DNA of 64,000 bases from Candidatus Tenderia sp. (GTDB taxonomy: Bacteria; Pseudomonadota; Gammaproteobacteria; Tenderiales; Tenderiaceae). How positions within the stretch are numbered: position 1 is the first letter of the stretch; every line of letters begins with the position of its first letter. The notes below the pieces were generated by a model, which saw nothing but the letters and a program-made list of their open reading frames with translations, did no database searches and had not been told where the DNA came from. The stretch covers positions 48,131-112,130 of the forward strand of contig JANOSY010000045.1 in the NCBI GenBank assembly GCA_031416075.1, read 5' to 3'. The position numbers and the translations under genes are program-made. This document shows, in pieces, positions 56,131-64,000 of the stretch.

Positions 56131-57780
56131 TTATTGAATATAACGCCGTGCCACTCGACGACGTATCGCCACTGCGCTCAGCAACAGCATCCCAAACCAC
56201 CCATCCATAGCTCCACTACCACCGCCGCTGCTACTACTCACACCACCACCTGTGTCAACAGGAGTTTCTGTACTCACCGGCTTCACCGTAACATTCACCT
56301 GCGCCACCACTGGCTCGGCGTCACGCACATCAGAGACCCTATAGCTGAAGCTGTCATTACCCTGAAAGCCTTGAGGGGCTGTATAGGTGATGGTGCCATC
56401 GTCATTGAGGACTACCGTGCCCCCCTGTGTCGAGCTGCCGTCAGCACCGGCCAAATGGAGCACATCGTTATCGGGATCGGTGTCATTGGCCAGTACATGG
56501 AGGGTAATGTTTTCGCCGGGTATCAGCTTCACCATGTCATCCGCAGGGGTGGGCGCACTGTTGGCAGTCCTGAAAACAGAAACCTTACCGCCATTATCAG
56601 CAGGTGCCGCTGCATAGAGATAGGCGCCGTTAGGGGTTGGTGTCATTGATAACACACCGTTGCTGCTCGTACTCTGCACCTCAATGAACTTAAGTTTACG
56701 GCTATCCGGTTCGGTACTGAATATGGCGATAGCGCTCTGCGTTCCACTGGCCCCGAAGCTGACATAGACTCGCGAACCGTTGGGGCTGGCTATGACGGAG
56801 GTGATGGCATTGAATTGAGGCACCTTGGCCTGCGTCCAGGCTTCGAGGTAGCTCACCTTGCAGTTATCGGAATTACGTTTAAAGACCGCCAGGGCGTTGT
56901 CGGTTGTGCCTGCCACATAGAGATTGATGCCATCAGGACTCAATGCTACCGAGCTTGCTCCGGATAATCCTGTAACACCCTTACTTGGATCATTGCGCAA
57001 GGCTTCGACAAAACTCAGACGGCCACTGCTATCACGGCTGAAGACAGCGACTGCATTGTCAACAGCGCCCGCCACAAAAAGACATTTTCCATCGGGTGTG
57101 AGGGCCAGACCAGCACTGTCTGCCAGGCCGTCAACACCACTCTTTGTCTCCAGAGGGGTCAGCTCTCCCGTTGTGGTGTCGCGACCAAACACAGAGACCG
57201 AGTTTTTGCCAGAGAAGTAGAGACTCTTACCATCACTGCTGATGGCAAGGTCGCTTGCCTTATCCGGCGCTTCATAGCTTTTCTTGAAGGTTAATTCGCC
57301 ACTGCCTGGATCGCGGACATAGAGCGCCACCTTAGGCTTTTCTTTGTTATCCAGCGGTGATAAGGCCACATAGAGATTGGCACCATCAGCAGTGACAATC
57401 ACTTTTAATGGCAGATGACTGCTGCCAAGATCATCAGCGGCAAGATGAAAGCCTATATAAGAGGGCTGACCATTGGTATCACGCTTGAACAACCCGATTC
57501 CGGCATCAGTCGCCGCTGCCACATAGATGTGTCTGTTATCAGGCGAAATGGCTAGATTGCTGGCACCACCAAGACCAATAGGGCTATCGACGACGTTGCT
57601 GTAGGTTTTTTTAAATTCAAGGTCGCCAGCCTGAACCGCCGTTATGCCTGAAACAGACAGCAGCATCACCCCAGCCAGGGGGCGCAACAGAGAAACGGGA
57701 TTCGATCCCCTCCACATACCATTCAGCGGCGCGCGATACATTTCAGGCAGACTCCTTGAAGCAACGTCAGGGAGATGCAC
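56131..57780 (-). CDS. Lactonase-type beta-propeller + Ig-like domain + GlyGly-CTERM surface protein
   Basis: Repeated (I/L)SPDG..LYVA blades, VLANDTDPDND...GTITYT...DSFSYRVSD, C-terminal SSGGGSGAM-hydrophobic-RRR. Confidence 0.85.
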   Translation of the reverse strand: MHLPDVASRSLPEMYRAPLNGMWRGSNPVSLLRPLAGVMLLSVSGITAVQAGDLEFKKTYSNVVDSPIGLGGASNLAISPDNRHIYVAAATDAGIGLFKRDTNGQPSYIGFHLAADDLGSSHLPLKVIVTADGANLYVALSPLDNKEKPKVALYVRDPGSGELTFKKSYEAPDKASDLAISSDGKSLYFSGKNSVSVFGRDTTTGELTPLETKSGVDGLADSAGLALTPDGKCLFVAGAVDNAVAVFSRDSSGRLSFVEALRNDPSKGVTGLSGASSVALSPDGINLYVAGTTDNALAVFKRNSDNCKVSYLEAWTQAKVPQFNAITSVIASPNGSRVYVSFGASGTQSAIAIFSTEPDSRKLKFIEVQSTSSNGVLSMTPTPNGAYLYAAAPADNGGKVSVFRTANSAPTPADDMVKLIPGENITLHVLANDTDPDNDVLHLAGADGSSTQGGTVVLNDDGTITYTAPQGFQGNDSFSYRVSDVRDAEPVVAQVNVTVKPVSTETPVDTGGGVSSSSGGGSGAMDGWFGMLLLSAVAIRRRVARRYIQ

Positions 57781-57809
57781 AACGCACTCCCCTTATTATG
57801 AATTCGCAA

Positions 57810-57843
57810 ATTTTATGCTGCGTAGATTACAGCCGTATGAACA
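57810..57843 (-). promoter_or_regulatory. Pho-box-like repeat plus -10 upstream of GlyGly-CTERM gene
   Basis: Minus strand TGTTCAT-ACGG-CTGTAAT-N10-TAAAAT. Confidence 0.7.
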
Positions 57844-57904
57844 GCCGCTAGAGAAGCATAGAAGTTAAATTACCCCCGGCATACATGGACGCCCACTTTT
57901 TGCC

Positions 57905-58160
57905 AGGCTTTCAATTGATGATTCTGAGTAGGTAAAGATTGCAGCCATACATCCGGACTTTCGATGAAGCTTTCGCTCCTGTCCCTGATGGAATCCGCTG
58001 ATCGAGTCCTCAACAAAGCCACGCACTTTATGTGCGACGCCGGGGACAGGTTTGCTCGATCAAGGTCTGACCAGTCTCGCCATCATCTCATGATTGCCTG
58101 TGCAATCGGTGGTGCTCCGCCTTCAACGCGTTGTATTCCGGTTTTACTCTACTGCTCTGA
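57905..58160 (-). ncRNA. Predicted bridge/seekRNA region of the IS1111 element (boundaries approximate)
   Basis: Stem GATCGAG/CTCGATC encloses CCCCGGC and GGCTTTG (match to target) around hairpin CGCAC-ATAAA-GTGCG; ATGTAT and CCATCA resemble the donor junction. Confidence 0.6.
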
Positions 58161-58166
58161 TTACAC

Positions 58167-59205
58167 TCAGGCAGCCGTAGCTGTCTGGGCATAATCAGAT
58201 TGGAATATCCTCTCCTTTGCCAGGAGTGCCCAGACAATTCGGGCATTTTTGTTCGCCAGGGCAACAGCGGCTACATTCTTGTTGCGCCGTGCCATGAATG
58301 AGCTTTCTCAACCAGCTGTCCGGTGCCGCTTTTTTCTCCGCAAGCCGGGTCACGGCTCGTGCTCCGTGAATCAACAAGGTGCGTAGGTAGGTATCTCCGC
58401 GTTTGCTGATGCCAAGTAATCTCTGCTTGCCGCCGCTTGAACACTGCCTGGGAACCAGCCCCATCCACGCCGCCATCTGACGACCATTCTTGAACTCGCT
58501 GGCATCACCCACAGTCGCCACGAGGGCGCTGGCCGTGATCGGACCGATCTCAGGAATATCCGCCAGCTTCATACTGGCAACGTTGTTGGTATGCCACGTC
58601 CGTATCTGCGCTTCCAACTCTTTGGCCTGGCGATCCATCACTTTCAGGTTGTCGGCCAACCGTTCGAGCAGTCTCCGCATCGTATCAGGCATTCCATTCT
58701 CGGCATCTTCCAGTATCTCCGGTATGCGCTTGGCGATGACATCTACCCTTTTCGGAATAATTATGCCGAACTCAGAAAGTAGCCCCCTAATCTGGTTGCC
58801 TTGTGCCGTTCGTGCCTTGACGAAACCCTGCCTCGCCCGATGCACTGAAAGGATGGCTTCTTGCTCGACATTTTTTATCGGCACAAAGCGCATCGTGGGG
58901 CGACCCATGGCTTCGCAAATCGCTTCTGCATTCGCTACGTCATTCTTGTTTGTCTTCACATACGGTTTCACGAACCGCGGCACCATCAACTTGGCCGTGT
59001 ACCCATACTCGCCAAGCTTCCTCGTCCAGTGATGCGCACTGCCACAGTGCTTCCATGCCTATCAAACAGGGTTCCAGATTCGCAAAAAATTTCCCCTATC
59101 TTTCCGTTTCAACGGTTTCCGCAGCACAGTGTTGCCCTGCTCATCCACGCCATGAAACTGAAATACTTCCTTTGCCAAGTCGATGCCAATTGTCATGATT
59201 TTCAT
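58167..59205 (-). pseudogene. IS110-family recombinase, at least three frameshifts
   Basis: MKIMTIGIDLAKEVFQFHG / GMEA-CGSAHHW / KNDVANAEAICEA / SSGG..ISKRGD / RRNKNVA are in different frames. Confidence 0.88.
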
Positions 59206-59364
59206 TTCAGACACTCCTCTCTGTATAGTGGTCATTACTGCAACCGCTACTTTGGCACTCTGATGCCGTATCGGAAAGTGGGCGTCCATACCATTAAAGC
59301 CGGGGGCTTATTGGGTGAGCGCCTCAAAGGCGCCATTAAACCGTGAACCGCCCAAGGCGGTTGA

Positions 59365-59796
59365 TCATACTCCGAGCTTCATCTGGTCATAGCACTCATC
59401 TTCCGACTCTTGGTTCTTGATGTAGGCTCTTACCATCGCCTCATCAAGCCCAAATGTCGAAACAAAGTAGCCACTCGCCCAGAAATTTTCGCCTGTAAAA
59501 TTTCTTTCACGGCCACCAAACTTACGAGCCACCTGAATGGCACTCTTGCCTTTGATAAACCCCACCATGTTCGACACCGCATACTTCGGTGGAATACTCA
59601 GACACATATGGACATGATCACCCATCAGGTGACCCTCAACAATCGTACACTTTTTGTGTTTTGCCAGCTCATGGAATATCTCTCCAAAATGCCGCTTCAA
59701 CACTCCAAAAATACGCTTCTTTCGTCGTTTGGGGATAAACACCACATGGTATTTACAATCCCAACGCGTATGACTCAGACTTTGATACTCTTTCAT
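59365..59796 (-). CDS. tnpA: IS200/IS605 TnpA (Y1 HUH transposase)
   Basis: CKYHVVFIPK, DHVHM (HUH), IKGKSA, FWASGYFVST, YIKNQ; start codon sequestered in hairpin 59793-59839. Confidence 0.93.
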   Translation of the reverse strand: MKEYQSLSHTRWDCKYHVVFIPKRRKKRIFGVLKRHFGEIFHELAKHKKCTIVEGHLMGDHVHMCLSIPPKYAVSNMVGFIKGKSAIQVARKFGGRERNFTGENFWASGYFVSTFGLDEAMVRAYIKNQESEDECYDQMKLGV

Positions 59797-59923
59797 TGTG
59801 AACCTCGTTCTCTTGGCAGAGACCCCAGATTCACAATGACCGCCGTATAGGTCAAACCTAGGTGAGTCCCCCGGCAGAGCCGGGGGTTTACCTCACTTAA
59901 TTAATGTTCAACATCCAGCCCTT

Positions 59924-59968
59924 TTGTCACAAAAATGTAATCGCTGTGTAACCTTCATTGGTTCTAAT
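59924..59968 (+). promoter_or_regulatory. Triple Pho-box-like repeat plus -10 upstream of phoB paralog (autoregulation)
   Basis: TTGTCAC-AAAA-ATGTAAT-CGCT-GTGTAAC-N10-TCTAAT. Confidence 0.75.
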
Positions 59969-60000
59969 CTGCGCTCACTTTCCAGCAAAGAATGATGTAT

Positions 60001-60690
60001 ATGGCAGAGAGAATCTTGGTTGTTGAGGATGAAGCTGCAATCCGCGAGATGTTGTCAATGACATTGACCCGTGCCGGCTTCGAAATAATGGTCGTCGGCA
60101 GTGTGTCGCAGGCGCGTGGACTGATCATGGACCGGCGTCCCAATCTAATTCTTCTCGACTGGATGCTGCCGGATACCAGCGGGCTGGAGTATGCACGCAT
60201 CCTCAAGAAGGATGCCATGACCCGTGAGATACCGATCATCATGGTCACTGCACGTGGCGATGAGGGCGACAGGGTGAAGGGGCTGGAGGTGGGCGCGGAT
60301 GATTACGTCATCAAACCGTTCTCATCCAAGGAGCTGGTGGCCCGCATCAAGACAGTATTGCGCCGTGGCGCACCGCCAGGTGACAACCATATCATTCAGG
60401 TAGATGGTATGCGTGTCGATCTCGCCGGACATCGTGCAATGATCAACAACACAATTCTCGATCTCGGCCCCACCGAGTTCCGCCTGCTACACTTCTTCAT
60501 CACCCATCCCGACCGTGTTTATAGCCGTAGCCAACTGCTTGATCAGATCTGGGGTGGGTCGATCTGCATTGGAGAGCGCGCGGTAGATGTTCACATTAGG
60601 CGGCTGCGTCAGGCGCTCGCTACGCACAACCATGATCAGTATGTGCAGACGGTGCGCGGCACGGGGTATCGCTTCTCAATGCTGGTCTGA
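60001..60690 (+). CDS. phoB: PhoB-like response regulator, no adjacent phoR
   Basis: [67 protein letters not shown]. Confidence 0.88.
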   Translation: [229 protein letters not shown]

Positions 60691-60750
60691 TCTCTGCTGT
60701 GAAATCGTGGGGATAATCGTGGGGCGGCCATCAACCGCCCCTCTTTGTTT

Positions 60751-61416
60751 TTACAGACTCTCGCCCGCTTCAGGCATCTCTTTCAGTTTGGCTGCTGGCA
60801 GATAACCGGAGACAACCTCGCCATTATCCAGAATGATGGTTGGCGTACCGGTAAGAGCAATCTGATCCGCCAGTTCGATGTTTCTGGCAATCGGGTTGGC
60901 GCAGCTCTTTTTAGCCACATCCTTTCCAAGCTTAACCTCAGTCAGAGCCTTGTGTCGGTCATCTGCACACCAGACCGACTCAGCCTTGGCGGCAGATTCT
61001 GAATCGACCCCGTCACGGGGGAAGAGCATATAACGAACCTCGATCCCATAACCATTCAGCTCTTCTATCTCCTGATGCAGCTTGCGGCAGTACCCGCAGT
61101 CCACATCGGTAAACACGGTCACATGGTGTTTCACCTCTTTGGGAGTGAACATAATCATGCTGTTCTGATCCAGCGATTCCACCAGCAGACGCCGTGCGGC
61201 GGAGCGGCTCTCCTCAGTCAGATTTTTCTTCTGGGCAAGATCAAACACCTCCCCCCGGATCAGAAACAGACCATCAGCAGAGGCGTAATAGATCTCAGTG
61301 CCGTACTTCACCTCATAAATCCCGGCGATGGGGGTCTGGACAATTTGTTCAGGCTGCATAGCAGGAATCGCCTTTTGCCCAGCCACTTCTTCATCACGCC
61401 GCCCTACTCCTAACAT
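60751..61416 (-). pseudogene. dsbC: DsbC disulfide isomerase, apparently 5'-truncated (no signal peptide)
   Basis: TPIAGIYEV, VFTDVDCGYCRKLH, GTPT, GYLPA; N-terminus lacks a hydrophobic signal and abuts IS630. Confidence 0.65.
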
Positions 61417-61426
61417 AAGTTACTAA

Positions 61427-62461
61427 CTAAGCACTTGCAAAGGATACCGAAGATTCTTGAAAAAATGATTTTATTAACGATTTATCATTTTTTATTCTTT
61501 GCAGGTCATTGGTTACCCGCTGCTTAAGCGATTCACCTTCCTTCAGCGGTTTCTTCGATGTTCCCATGTGACGCATTTGGTTCCAAACCAATTCATCTGA
61601 ATTAATATCGGGCGCATAGGGCGGTAAAAGGTAAATGCTCAGCTTGCCTTCAAGCCCGGCAACGTACTCTTTCACTTTATTGGATTTATGCACGGGATGG
61701 CCGTCCATAATGGCGAACACGGGCTTTTTTCTGTTCTTCATGAAAGCGCTTAAACATTCTATAAATTTGTCTGCATTAAATCGCCCAGAATAGACGTGAT
61801 ACCAAAAATCACCTTTATTGGACAGCGCGGATATCGCATTAATGGATTGCCTTTGGCCGCTCGTTTTAACAATCGGCGTTTGACCTTTGAGTCCCCAGGT
61901 TCGCTGTAGCGGATCGTCTGAACGAATCCCTGCTTCATCTAACCAAAATATCTCTGCCCCCTGTTTTTGAGCCTCTTTCTGAATCTTTGGATACTCTTTT
62001 TCTTTCCACTCTTTAACAGCTTCTTCGTCTCTTTCGTAGGCGCGCCGTAATGGCTTTTGGGGCGTCAAGCCTAAACGATATAGTAGATTGCCCACTGCCG
62101 TTACGCTTAACTCAATAGCAAATCTATCTGCGATAAGGTCGGCGACGATTTGACGTGTCCACAAACCAAAATCAAATCCGTATTGCCGTGGGTCACCATT
62201 GATTATCCAGCGCTTTACCTCTTGTGCTTCAAGTTCCGACAATGCTCTATTACGCCCCGTGCGTGGAATCGGGGCTAGCGCATCAAGGCCTTTCTCTCTG
62301 GCAATGCGCAGCCATTTGTAAATGGTTTTATCACCTAATCCGTAGCTGCGACCAACATCAGCTGCCGATTCTCCCGTGAATACGCGCTGGATCGCGAGTC
62401 TTCTCAGTAGCGATTGTTCGTCTGTCGATAATTTGCGTGCATCGTATTTCATGGGCCGCAT
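61427..62461 (-). mobile_element. IS630-family transposase (element ends not resolved)
   Basis: HTH region, WLDEAG, IMDGHPVH, LPPYAPDINSDELVW. Confidence 0.9.
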
Positions 62462-62761
62462 TATCGTACAAAAATAACCTGCGTGGCATTCCTTATTTGT
62501 TTCTTGTTAGCATGTGAATTAAAAAAATTAAACCGGCTAGAATGCTACTTTAGATTGATTACAAAGTAGTGACGCCAATAGGCATATTTTTTGCCAAATC
62601 CTCCAGCGTGAATGACAAAATGACCATAACTGTTGGCACCTAGTGAAGGCGAGTGTCTACTTATGTTAAGGGTGGTCAGATACCTACCCACAACCACAAT
62701 CGTATCAGCACACGTACAGACTCAACGGGTAGGTGTCTGACAAGACTTAACAACAGCTGTC

Positions 62762-63346
62762 TGTAGTGGTCAAGTAATTTTGGACACCTCGATAGATTGT
62801 TTTGCTGAAAACTGTTTCTCGTAGACTATCGGTGCTAAATTTCCCAATGCGGAATGGCGTCGTGTGCAGTTGTAAAATCCCACGATGTATTCTGTCACGT
62901 CCTTATTGGCTTCCATCTGATTCGCGTATTCCCGTTGCCATACCCGCTCCATCTTCAAGTTCAAAAAGAAGCGCTCCATCACTGCGTTATCCCAGCAATT
63001 ACCTTTGCGGCTCATGCTGCAAATGATGCCGTGTTGCTTAAGCAAGACCTGGTATTCATGGCTGGCGTACTGGCTGCCTCGATCCGAATGCAGCATCAGC
63101 CCAGCCGTCGGCTGCCGCTGCCCAATCGCCTTCTGTAACGCCTGGCAGACCAACGCTGCTGGCAGGGTGGGACTCATCGCCCAGCCGATGATCTTGCGTG
63201 AATGTAAATCCATCACCGCCGCCAAATACAGCCAGCCCGTTCTGGTGCGGATGTAAGTAATATCAGACGTCCACGCTTGATTCGACTTCGCGGGATTGAA
63301 CTGGCGATTGAGCAGGTTCTCCGCCACCGGCAAGTCGTGCTTGCTG
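62762..63346 (-). mobile_element. IS3-family element, 3' fragment (integrase core and right IR), interrupted by ISAs1
   Basis: WTSDITY, HSDRGSQY, SRKGNCWDNAVMERFF; IR TGTAGTGGTCAAGTAATTTTGGACAC at 62762. Confidence 0.88.
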
Positions 63347-64000
63347 CAGGGCTCCCTCATTAAAATTTAGCCCTAAGAACGGTATCCATAAAGCCGTAGT
63401 CCCAGCCGGCGAGCTTTCTCATCCTCTTCAAGCTCACTCGTGGATGATCCTTCTTCACCAAACGCAACAGATTCAGCACCGCCTTTTTGATGATGGCGAC
63501 ATTCGTCGGGGCATTTCCTTTTCGAATCCGGCTGTGGTCATCGCCAAAGCAGACATCCAGTACCCAATGCAGTTTGTTTTCGATGCCCCAATGCTGGCGC
63601 ACGGCATTAAGTGCAGTTTCGGGGTGCGCTGGGAGGCTGCTGATGTAGTAGCGATTCTCGACGGAGACCTGGCCTTTTATGTCTCGCGTCCCTTCAATTT
63701 CAATCACGCTACGCAGGTGGCTCCAGTGGGGATGGCGTTCCTTTAGCCACTGAGTATCTGCGGTGATGGTGCATTTGCGTCTCTCGATACGGCCATGGCC
63801 TTTATCCAGCTCTTCGCTTGTCGCAAATACGATGGCACCGGGCCTCTCTTCGAACAGTGGACGGACGTCGTCGTTTAAACTTCCTTGATTGCCCTTTAGG
63901 CCAATGACATAGTCCGCTTTACGTTCGACAATCTTGTCCACGACTTTGGTTTGGCAGCCCATGGCGTCAAGCGTAATGATTGCGCCGGTAATGTCTAGAA
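63347..64000 (-). mobile_element. ISAs1-family element, partial (transposase 63360..>64000)
   Basis: ITLDAMGCQ, LKGNQG, GHGRIERR, VRQHWGIENKLHWVLDV; terminal CAGGGC at 63347. Confidence 0.9.

Larger units (their letters stand above)
57882..59296 (-). mobile_element. IS110 family, IS1111 subgroup element
   Basis: 15-bp sub-terminal IRs ATGGACGCCCACTTT (57885-57899) / AAAGTGGGCGTCCAT (59275-59289), set 3 and 7 nt from the ends; long downstream non-coding region; circle junction GTA+TAATGGT creates TATAAT. Confidence 0.88.
57865..59897 (-). mobile_element. IS200/IS605-family element (tnpA only), right hairpin split by IS1111; ends approximate
   Basis: Hairpin CCCCCGGC-AGA-GCCGGGGG at 59868-59886; second hairpin CCCCCGGC-AAA-GCCGGGGG reconstituted by joining 57873-57881 to 59297-59306. 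Confidence 0.8.

Noticed and set aside
59297-59364. Possible tnpB/omega-RNA downstream of tnpA
   Set aside because: No tnpB ORF; the right-end hairpin follows within about 60 bp.
60703-60724. AATCGTGGGG direct repeat after phoB
   Set aside because: Only two copies, no structure or further context; could be chance or a deletion scar.

Overview
A gene-dense, probably gammaproteobacterial cell-surface island followed by a pile-up of IS elements. 1-19.8 kb (- strand) is a Wzy-type exopolysaccharide locus: WecA-like initiator, GT2/GT4 glycosyltransferases, acetyl-, methyl- and amido-transferases, Wzy-like polymerase, MurJ-like flippase, split PCP/BY-kinase, short OPX plus beta-barrel, two GH56-like paralogs and exosortase D-EpsI. 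Three VPLPA-CTERM substrates are spread through the window. 21-45 kb (- strand) is a two-partner secretion pair (TpsB and a 3401-aa DUF3739-type TpsA) linked to ExbB(DUF2341)/ExbD/TonB/porin, interrupted by a TIGR03790-like cassette and an IS30, and preceded by a PstS/DING-like secreted protein and a c-di-GMP-I riboswitch. 46.9-55.9 kb (+ strand) is a type II secretion operon. After it come a GlyGly-CTERM beta-propeller protein, an orphan PhoB paralog and IS200, IS1111, IS630, IS3 and ISAs1 elements. Main non-obvious signals: (i) the same Pho-box-like promoter grammar (7-mers at 11-bp pitch, then 10 nt, then a -10 hexamer) in front of nearly every transcription unit; (ii) a 28-bp micro-element in three independent insertions; (iii) an IS1111 inserted in the loop of an IS200 terminal hairpin, with matching guide sequences in its own non-coding end. 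All calls are from reading motifs by eye; no database searches were run.
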